This document shows, in pieces, positions 1-9,400 of a stretch of 64,000 bases of DNA. The DNA is from Candidatus Azambacteria bacterium (lineage in GTDB: Bacteria; Patescibacteriota; Minisyncoccia; GWC2-36-17; WO2-46-25), in assembly GCA_016234725.1 (NCBI GenBank), contig JACRAK010000007.1, positions 2,121-66,120 of the forward strand, given 5' to 3'. The notes under the pieces are model-generated. The model was not told the origin of the DNA and did no database searches. It saw only the letters and a program-made list of their open reading frames with translations. The position numbers and the translations under genes were made by a program. Positions within the stretch are counted from its first letter, which is position 1. Every line of letters starts with the position of its first letter.

Positions 1-197
1 TCCAACGTGCAATCAGCAAGGAGCTCTGTTCCAAGAAGGATGATGTCTTTTTTACTCCTTCTGTTTTTTTCGTCTTCCCTCCTTTCAGCATTAGTTCTCC
101 TTGCGATATATGCAGTGACCACGCGATCTTTTCCAAACCATTTAATGGTTGCATACGCGTAATCAGCCCGTCTTTTTGTGCCATCTGCATACGTCAT
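1..197 (-). CDS. hypothetical protein, 3' partial (runs off the window start); N-terminus MTYADGTKRRADYAYATIKWFGKD...
   Basis: ATG (minus) at 195-197 with a GGAGAGGGAGAAGAG SD-like stretch just upstream; open to the window edge; not in the ORF track because it is truncated. Confidence 0.3.
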   Translation of the reverse strand, partial: MTYADGTKRRADYAYATIKWFGKDRVVTAYIARRTNAERREDEKNRRSKKDIILLGTELLADCTL

Positions 198-385
198 CTC
201 TTCTCCCTCTCCATTCACATAATCGCCCTCCCACCGTAAACCAGCTGTAAGGACATACTCCCGTGACTCGGGGATAAGCAACTCCTTATTAAAGCCCGTG
301 TCAATGTGTACCTCTAACAGATCTGGACACCCGACAAACTGCAAACGCACACAGGGGAAAAGAAACTTATCTAAAAACCCCTCCA

Positions 386-685
386 TTATTTCCATGTTTC
401 TCCCTCCTCAAAAAGGATTTCATCGTCTGCCCCGATCTTATAACAAAAAATGGGGCGCTGATGAAAATGCAAAAATGCCTTTTGCCGCCCTTCGCGAGAA
501 TCTTCAGTGATCAGATATTCTCTCGTCTTAGTATCGATTGCTATAAGCTTGCCGTCATTTCCCGGACGAAGCGCGCGCCGAAGATATTTGTACACCGCTA
601 ATCCTTGCGTAACGATCCTGTCATATTTTTTCTTCTGAATATCCTTATTATCAATCACTCCATAACTCCATATGATGGTGATCAT
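386..685 (-). CDS. hypothetical small protein (99 aa)
   Basis: ORF-track entry; AGGAGGAGC SD about 6 nt upstream of the ATG; AT-rich codon usage unlike its neighbours. Confidence 0.45.
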   Translation of the reverse strand: MITIIWSYGVIDNKDIQKKKYDRIVTQGLAVYKYLRRALRPGNDGKLIAIDTKTREYLITEDSREGRQKAFLHFHQRPIFCYKIGADDEILFEEGETWK

Positions 686-898
686 ATTCGCTCCTCCTGT
701 TTATGTGTAATTGTTAAGTTACAACTCCTTTCTTGCTTATAAATTATGCTTCTCTTAGCGGCATGTCAACCACACACATCCTCTCCTTTTTCATAAGTAA
801 AAAGAAGAGGTGGCAATTGTGCGCCCCGTTCCAACACGGATCATTTCACTGGCAGGATATCACCGGAAATTATCAGTATGCTTTAAGAGAAATATATA

Positions 899-2479
899 CT
901 ATTCTGCTTTTATTGCCTCCGATACTCCGCCAAGGTGTTCCAGAAAATCAACAAGCAAGCGGACGCCGAAACCGGAGCCGCCTTTCGGCCGGTAATGATT
1001 TTTCTCTGAAAGGATCGCCGTGCCCGCGATATCAATATGCGCGTATCCTTTATGTTCTCCGACAAATTCTTTCAAGAATAATGAGGAAGTGATAACACCC
1101 GCCGTCTTTCCTCCTATGTTTTTCACATCAGCAACATCACTTTCGATCTGCTTTTTATAGCAATCATCGAACGGGAAAAGCCATACCTTTTCTCCGGTGC
1201 GCTCCGATGCCTCCGTGATCAGCCCCAATAATTCATCGTTATTCCCTAAAAGTCCCGCGTAATGATTCCCAAGCGCGAGTTCACATGCATAGGTAAGCGT
1301 CGCAAGATCGATTACATACGTCGGCTTAAGCTCCGCTGCCGCATAATGCAGCGCATCAGCAAGAATAATGCGTCCTTCCGCATCGGTATTAAGCACTTCG
1401 ATCGTTTTGCCTGAAGCGGACGTGATGATATCACCCGGCTTATATGCCGTAGGACTCGGCACATTCTCAACCGCCGGAATTACTGCGCTCACTTTCACCG
1501 GCAATTGAAGCCGTGCCGCCGTAACGATCGCGCCCATGACCGCTGCCGCTCCCGCCATATCCATTTTCATTTCCATCATGTTTTCAGCAGATTTCAACGA
1601 CAAACCACCGGAATCAAAGCACACCCCTTTCCCGACAAGCGCGACGGTCTTTTCCGATGCGGAAGCAGGAGAATACTCAAGTGTAATTAAAACAGGCTCT
1701 TTGTCCGATCCTCCTCCCACGGTAAGAATGCCGTTCATTCCGCGATCCTTCAGTTCGGTCTTTCTCATCACGCGCACTGAAATACCCGGGTATTGTTTTG
1801 CGAGCGCCTCCGCTGTTTCTGCTAGGAATTGCGGGGTCACCACGCTCGACGGTTGATTCACGATATTACGCGCAAAATACACCGCTTCCGCGATCGTCAC
1901 ATTCCGCTCGAGTTGCTTTTGCCATGCGCTCACCTCGTCTGCCTCGATGATCTCAGGAAGCAGAAATTCCACCTCGGTTATTTTTGCTCCGCTTTCTTTT
2001 TCCGCTCCTTTGCTTTTATACGCGTTGAATTTATACAGCGTAAGCACAGCACCCTCAAAAATATACCGCAACCGATCTTCTGCTCTCTGAAGCGGCGAGC
2101 CAAACAGCGTGAATGAAATTTTTGCCGCGTCTGTCGCTTCAGCCGCCGCGATCGCCTGCGAGGCGACCTGCCGGAGCTTTTCCGCATCGAGTTCTTCTTT
2201 CTTCCCGAGGCCGCACAGAATAACGCGTTTATACAGCACATTTTCCGGATATATCACCGCCACCTTCCCGAGCTTGCCCGAAAAATCCTTATGCGCGAAA
2301 TATCGTTTTATCTTTGAGAAAATAGGGAATAACAGCTCCGCTTCTTTCTCTGCGGTTTCTTTCTTAAACCCGAGCCCGCATGGTATCTCTTCGCCCTCAA
2401 ATACGCCAAATACCACCGCGTCTTTTTCGGTGAGCCAGCCCTGATTCAATGAGAATTTTGTCGTCAGCGTATTATCCAT
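899..2479 (-). CDS. pepA: leucyl aminopeptidase, M17 family
   Basis: 526 aa; M17 signature VLNTDAEGRIILADAL (NTDAEGRL motif); typical length. Confidence 0.9.
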   Translation of the reverse strand: MDNTLTTKFSLNQGWLTEKDAVVFGVFEGEEIPCGLGFKKETAEKEAELLFPIFSKIKRYFAHKDFSGKLGKVAVIYPENVLYKRVILCGLGKKEELDAEKLRQVASQAIAAAEATDAAKISFTLFGSPLQRAEDRLRYIFEGAVLTLYKFNAYKSKGAEKESGAKITEVEFLLPEIIEADEVSAWQKQLERNVTIAEAVYFARNIVNQPSSVVTPQFLAETAEALAKQYPGISVRVMRKTELKDRGMNGILTVGGGSDKEPVLITLEYSPASASEKTVALVGKGVCFDSGGLSLKSAENMMEMKMDMAGAAAVMGAIVTAARLQLPVKVSAVIPAVENVPSPTAYKPGDIITSASGKTIEVLNTDAEGRIILADALHYAAAELKPTYVIDLATLTYACELALGNHYAGLLGNNDELLGLITEASERTGEKVWLFPFDDCYKKQIESDVADVKNIGGKTAGVITSSLFLKEFVGEHKGYAHIDIAGTAILSEKNHYRPKGGSGFGVRLLVDFLEHLGGVSEAIKAE

Positions 2480-2511
2480 AATACAAGCGTTCTACCAGAT
2501 TCTCACCCTGT

Positions 2512-3261
2512 TTGTCAATCAACTTTACGAGGTCGCACCTCGTAAGATATAATGAAATAGTGAAACGCCCTACTTTTGCCAACGAACACATTTACCATGC
2601 ATACAACAGAGGCGTGGAAAAACGAAATGTCTTTCTCGACGAGGAGGATTATTTTCGCTTCATACACGACCTTTTTGAATTTAATGATGTAAACCCTGCC
2701 CTGCCAAGTTCTTACCAATCTTACGAGGTCGCACCTCGTAAGATTGGGGTTGGGAAAAACAAGCGAAAACCGAGGGAATTTCTCGTTCATATACTTGCTT
2801 TTACTCTTATGCCAAATCATTTTCATCTTCTTCTTATGCAAAAACGGGAGAATGGAATTTCGGAATTTCTCAGAAAATTAAGTGGTGGGTACACAATGTA
2901 TTTTAATCAGAAATATGAAAGATCGGGCGTTCTTTTTCAGGGAAGATTCAAGGCGGCACTCGTTGAGCGAGACGCCCACTTTATCCATCTCCCGTATTAT
3001 ATTCATGCGAACCCCCTCGATCTTGTCATGCCGGAATGGCGCGAGGGGAACTTGAAAAATCCGGAAGCCGCATTCACCTTTCTTACGTCCTATAAGTGGA
3101 GCAGTTTTTCTGATTATATTGGCAAGAGAAATTTTCCATCCGTCACACAAAGGGAGTTTCTACTCAATGGTGCGGGTAACGAAGAAAGATATAAATCCGA
3201 TTTTATTTCATGGTTGAAAAGCATACAACTCGACACCATCTCGGATATAATCATTGAATAA
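2512..3261 (+). CDS. REP-associated tyrosine transposase (RAYT, IS200/IS605-like Y1 HuH transposase); TTG start in the track, true start uncertain
   Basis: HuH motif LMPNHFHLLL; YHAYNRG(V)EKRNVF N-terminal motif; flanked by and containing its cognate REP palindromes. Confidence 0.75.
   Translation: MSINFTRSHLVRYNEIVKRPTFANEHIYHAYNRGVEKRNVFLDEEDYFRFIHDLFEFNDVNPALPSSYQSYEVAPRKIGVGKNKRKPREFLVHILAFTLMPNHFHLLLMQKRENGISEFLRKLSGGYTMYFNQKYERSGVLFQGRFKAALVERDAHFIHLPYYIHANPLDLVMPEWREGNLKNPEAAFTFLTSYKWSSFSDYIGKRNFPSVTQREFLLNGAGNEERYKSDFISWLKSIQLDTISDIIIE
2525..2545. repeat. REP palindrome copy 1 (ttacgaggt-cgc-acctcgtaa) at the 5' end of the RAYT gene
   Basis: perfect 9-bp-arm palindrome, identical core to copies 2 and 3. 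Confidence 0.85.
2715..2747. repeat. REP palindrome copy 2 (15-bp arms) inside the RAYT ORF, in-frame (encodes YQSYEVAPRKIGVG)
   Basis: ccaatcttacgaggt cgc acctcgtaagattgg. Confidence 0.85.
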
Positions 3262-3300
3262 ACCAATTCTTACGAGGTCGCACCTCGTAAGAATTGGTTT
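3260..3300. repeat. REP palindrome copy 3 (19-bp arms) overlapping the RAYT stop codon
   Basis: aaaccaattcttacgaggt cgc acctcgtaagaattggttt. Confidence 0.85.
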
Positions 3301-3313
3301 ATTGTAAATAAAA

Positions 3314-3339
3314 GGCCCCACGGCTTTCGCCGTGGGGCC
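3314..3339. terminator. bidirectional rho-independent terminator between RAYT (+) and the giant gene (-)
   Basis: ggccccacgg-ctttcg-ccgtggggcc with A/T runs on both sides. Confidence 0.7.
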
Positions 3340-3420
3340 CTCTCGTTGTGTGGAATATCTGTTCGCAAGCCCTGCTCCCTCCGTTCTCTTCGCTACTCCC
3401 TACTGGCTATCTTCTTGCCC

Positions 3421-6400
3421 TTAGAGCTGCTTCAAGAACCCGAAGATGTCCTGGAAGTTGGTGATGATAAGGTCGATCACGGTTTCGCCTTTCTTGGGCG
3501 TCAGGATGGTAAAGTCGGTCGAGCGTCCTTTGTTGTTGGACGGATCTGCCGACTCGACCTGGAAGCGGTACACCGCGCCCGGCTTGAAGCTCGTGATCAC
3601 CATCACATGGCTTGTCGTATACTCCTGGTCGAGCTTCGAGAATTCGACAAGGTCGCCTTTGCCCACGCCCTCTTTCCAGAATATCTGTGAAGTGGACGGC
3701 TCGTCCGTTTCCCAATAGATGAGCGTCTGCGTCCGTTCCGTTTTGCCCGGGAATATCGTGGACTCGGAGCGTACCTTGCTGATCACCGGCGCTTTCTCGT
3801 CCACCGTCGTGCGGATCGTGCCGATCACTTTGGAGGCGCGCGCATCGGTCACGTCCGCGCTCGATATCTCGATAAGGAAGTTGGTATTCGACGTAAGGTT
3901 CGCCACCGTCACTTCGTGGTCTTTCACGAATTCCGGCTTGCCCTGCGTCCTTGCTTCTTTGCTCAACAGCTCTCCGTCATCAAACGGCGTGTAGCGCACC
4001 TGCGAATTGGAAAGCGTGTTCGTCTTCCACACGACCGTGATGGAGTTTTCCGTGATGCGTTTGAATGAGTAATCAAGGATCTGCGGCAATTCCGGCTTGG
4101 TCTCAAACACAAAGTCGCGCGATTTGCCTTCCGGCCCCACTTTCGCCTGCGAACGGATCTGGAAATGATACGCCGTTGCGGGCTCAAGGTTCGGCACCGT
4201 CACGACGTGCGTCGTCACCTCTTCCCGCGGCTGGCCGACCTGCACGGTGTAGGGGTCCTTCGCATTCGGATCGTATTCGTCCTGCGGCACCAGCGCGATC
4301 AGCGAACCGGCCGGCTTGTTCGTGCGCCACGTCACCGTCGCTTTGTTCGAGTCGATATCCACCTGCGGCACGCCGCCGATGATCGCAGGCGGCACGACTT
4401 CCTGCGTGATCTCTGAAATGGTGTCGGTGATCTCGGTCGTCAACTCTTCAAGATCCGAAAGCGACACATCGGTGGACACGCTCTTGAGGATCGATTTGAA
4501 CCGCTGCACCGCGTCTCTGAGTGAATCCTGCGTCTTTGCCTTGCCGCGCAATTCTTCGAGTTCTTTTTTAAGCGATTCCAGATCTTCTTTCGCAAGCAAC
4601 GCTTCTTCTTCGACGGTAAGCGTCGTGAATGTCTGGTCGCCCGAGTACGCGCGATTCCCGCGCTGATCGGCGGACATCACTTTGAAATTGTATGCGGTCT
4701 TCGGATTAAGCCCCGACACCGTCACGGTATGATCGGTCGCCATTTCTTCCGAACCGGCGAGGCCCCCATAGTTCATCGTTACGCCGTATTTCACCAGCGA
4801 ATCGGCCGATTCGTCGGTCGTCCACGCGATCGTCGCCGCTGTCGCCTTGATGTCTTTGATCACGAGCGACGCGATGAGCGGCGGCGTCACATCGCCCACC
4901 TCTACGATGGTCCTGCCCACCGTTACCACGTCTTTTGCGATGGTGGCGCATGAAAGCGTCGCTGATACTTCGCCGCCGGAAGCGTTGAGTGACCGCACTT
5001 TCGCATAATAGGTCGTACTTTCGGTGAGGCCGGTGAACGTATTGGAGTGCGCGGTCACATAACCCGCCGCAGCGCGCGATGCGTTATCGATCGTCCCTGT
5101 CGGATACTGCGCAACCTGCGCGCCAGCTACGGTCGAGAAATAATTTGCACCGACATCAGCAGAAAGCAAGGAAAGTTCTGTCGTGGAGAACTGGTCGGTC
5201 GTCCACGTCACCGTTGCGGTGGAAGAGGTCGTGGAACATGCCGCCATCGTCGTTATTGCCGGCGGCGTTTGGGTGGTTGTTGTCAGAGAGCGGATCGTTG
5301 ATTCATCGTACTGCGTGTACGAATCGCTTGATGAGTTTTGGTCCGTAGAGCGCACTTTATAATAGTAGGTTGCCGAGTATGTCAGGTTCGGAATAACGAC
5401 CGTATGCACATACTGCCCGTTGCCGTCCGCCGAGGTTACCTGCGCGCTTGAACCGACTGATATCGGATTGACGAGCGCCGATGCGCTTGTCGTCGCGTAA
5501 AACACGATGGAGTCGGATGCCTTATCCGTTTTCCATGTAATAGAGGCAGAGTCAAACGCCGGCGTCGCCACGATGCTTCCGGAGACAATCGCGGGGCCAT
5601 TTTGCGTGGTGAATGTGTAGCCCGCATCCGACGCGCCTTCAAATGCGCAATTGCCCGTCGCATCGCACGACTCCGCGGCATACCGGTACTGCATGTTCTT
5701 GGTCAGATTTGAAAGCGCGATCGTATGCGTTGCGGGCGTGCTTGTCGCGACCGTGAGATAGCCGGGATTTCCCAACTTCGAGGTATATCGCTCGCGGCCA
5801 ACTTTTCCGCTATTCACGTTATTCGTGAAATCCTGCTGTGTCGCAAAATATACCGCGGCATTCGTCGCGCCCGACGCGCCATCCGTCGCGTTAAACGAGA
5901 CCGTCGCCGATGTCGCCTTCACCAGCGAACTCGCCACGTTCGTGACCACCGGCGCCGTAGCGTCATTGCCGCCGCCTCCTTCGCCGAGATTTACCGCCCC
6001 GTCCGGTTTCGCCGTCGTCGAGGCATTCGAACGAATGGACGTATTGCCGTTTGCCGCGGTCACGCCCAAGCGATACCGATAATACAGGTTCGTATTAAGA
6101 TTCTGATGCACATAGTAGTTGGTGGAAATGCTCGTGATCGGCGTCGTAGCGTTTATATAAGAAGAAAATGTCGTGTTGTTGGTCGATGTCGCGTATTCGA
6201 TCTTATATGAAGCGAAATCAGACGATGTCGCCGTTTCCCACCCGATGAATAAGCGCCAGTCGCTCGTGCCAACCTTGGAAACATCCTGCACCAAAAATGA
6301 GCTTGATGCCGCCGGCATGATCGTCGATGCGGTGGATGTTGCCGCGGTGTTCGCGTACGGGTCGCGTACCTGCACCTTCAATGTCTTTACTTCAAAATCG

Positions 6401-9400
6401 CTGTCAAATGTCCATGCTCTCGTGCCGGGTGTCGTAAATGTGGTCCACGGGGTCGAGCTTGCGGTCGAATGTGTTGCCGCATCATCAGCGATCATATACT
6501 GCGCCGTGCTTGTCGCATCGCCCGATGTCGACATGCTTACCGTTGCGCTTCCGGTCTCGCCCGCCACACCCGCATCGAATGTAAACCCGAATGTCGGCGC
6601 GACATTGTCAATAATGACGTTCGCGGATGAGTCGGTCGAGGAAACGCTCTGCGACGAAAGCTGATTTGCGAGATTATTATCATGCACAAGCACGCGCACC
6701 TTCGCGGTGTAATTTGAATAATTTGCAAGTTGCGATTCCGCCCGTTGATTCCATACAATTGATTTACCGGTTCCTTTCGTCACCGAACCGACATCGCCTG
6801 TTGTTCCGCTCGCCTTTATCCATACCGTGGTGCCGGAAGAATACGCTTTCGTGTGCCGCGTAGAAGCGCCCGGCCACGAAAGGTCGCTTGAACCGCGCGT
6901 CAATGTGCCAAGCGTCGTGCCGTTCACGATCGCGGCATATTTCACCACTTCAGTACCTATCTGCACATACCCTGACGACGGCATTTTTGATGTATCCGAT
7001 ACGGTCAGCGTCGTCGTGTTGTCACTGGTTAAAGTTACGCCCGCATCATAAAAAAGATATGCTTCGTAGGCATCGCTTGTTTCCGATGGATCATCGGCAA
7101 GATCATACGTCACCGTAACTTTCCCGGCATCAGCTACCGTGGCGCCATTGGTCGTCGCCGCCGTGGTCGCAACAACATTCGTCACGGTCGGTGCGGTATT
7201 CACCACATACGTCACGCTCGCGCTCGCAACATACGGCGCATTCAAATAATTAGAAGAAGGAATAAGCGTGATGCGATACTGATACCACTGGTCATTCGAG
7301 CCGTCGGCAAGCGCCGCGGGGATAGTTGAGAAAGTGTTCAGCCCCGTTCCTGTCGCGACCCAATATGTGTCAACGCCCGAAGGGCCGTACCATGATGCCG
7401 CAGAAAGTCCGCCCGATGCCGATGCGGTGCGCACCTGTATCTTTGCCGCGGTACCTGTTGGCAGTGTACTGACACTCATACGCACATCACCGATCACATT
7501 TGCAGCAGAACCGGAATCATACGGGGAAGAAATAAGCGTATAGCCGTTCGTGCTATCGAGCGGCTTTAGATAATTTACGGTTATGTCGTTTAATTGTGGC
7601 GTTGACCCACCATCGGTGGTCTGGAGTATGGCATCATATTGAAACCATCGGTCACCAGATCCGTCGGTCAACGCAGTGTTTGCAATAGCCCCCCTATTAT
7701 TCGCATCGACAAAATAATCGGTGCCGGAACAATTTGTCGGACCGCACCATGATGCCGTCGCAAGTCCCGAAAGCGAACTTGCGGTACGGATACGGAATTT
7801 CAAAACTGCACTACTTGACGTTACCCCACTCCAGCTGATCGAAGATATGCCGTTGCCGTCATTTTCGGTATCAAATGGCGAAGAAACAAGTGAATAATTA
7901 GTACCGGGAGCAGCAATAGGATATTGCTGATATGAAACGGTAATATCGCTCAATGATGGCGTTGTGTTGGCATATACAACGGTGCCTGTCGTAGATACGA
8001 ACGCCTTATATCGGAAATATCTGTTGCCGTTGATGATACTTGCAAGCGCGGATTGTATAATACATGTCACCGCATACGGATTCGAACCGGTCACTGTACA
8101 ATTTGTATTGTCTTTACTGAATTTTGAAGTACCAGACAGCGAACCGACCGCAGTTGTTGATCCATCGTAATTATAGTATGTCCACGGTCCGCTTGCGCTA
8201 TTTGAAGATGCAACCTGTATGTCTAGATCGGTGTTTGCCGGCTGGTTCAAATTAAACGCAAGTGAAGAAATGGTTGCTGCACCCCCAAGATCAATGACTC
8301 CTGATTCAAAATTTCCCGAAGTGGCGTAATTGTCCTTGGTGTTGAATCGTCCAGAATTAGTACCAAGCTCCGCTGCGACAAAAATATTGCCGTTGTCTAT
8401 AGAAACTATTGATGATTCACCGAATACTGAAACACCCCATGGATTCGGATACGTGGTCGACAAATTAGTCCATGCACCGCTTGCAATAGTATATTTCGCG
8501 AAATAGGGAGCAGAGTTATAGAAGGAATAAAGGGTGCCGACTCCATCAAAGACAATGTATCCGTAATTTAACATTGCGTTAGACGATGTCAGATCGGTCC
8601 ACGTATTTGAAACGATATTAAACTTGGCAAAATCTGTAGGAGCGCCTCCTACAAGCTGATGGGCAGAAATATAAATATCTCCATTCACGCTATCATGCGT
8701 CATGCTCGCGGCACCAACCGTCCACGGCAATGGTTTGGTAGCTGTTAGATTTGTCCACACGCCGGTCGCGGTATCATACTTCGCAAATTGTGCAGTTGGA
8801 GTGCTTCCTCCTGCACCAGCAAGATAAAGAGTACCGCTGCCATCGGAAACTAGAGCGCCATTGGATACAGAAAATGGTGGGGGATTCGTGCTGGTGAGAT
8901 TTGTCCAGGTGTTTGTTCCCGGATTATATTTGGCAAAATTAGTAGTCCCCAATCCCCCTATAACAAAAATATTTCCCGTGACGCTATCATACACAACTCC
9001 TCCTCCGCCCACGTTAAATGGTACCGGTTTCGTGCTTGTAAGATCCGTCCATGCATTTGACATTACGCTATATCGTGCAAACCCGTTAGTAGAATACCCT
9101 TTCACGCTATAAATTGTCGCATTGCCGTCATACGCTAATCCGCCAATGTAACTGTTATAAGGAACTGGAGCAACTTCAGTGAGATTAACCCACGCATTAG
9201 CTGATATCTCTTTATATAAATTAACGCTGCCCGCACCCGCTGATCCATTTACCTCGGTGCTTGAGTTGGTGCCATTATAAAAACCAAGTCCATTTACCGA
9301 TACGCCTGCCGCTCCGCTATTTGCGCCACTTCCGCCGGTCACTGTGGGAGCTGAACCCGATACACTCCCTCTCAAAATAACTCTTCCTCCACCTCCTCCG

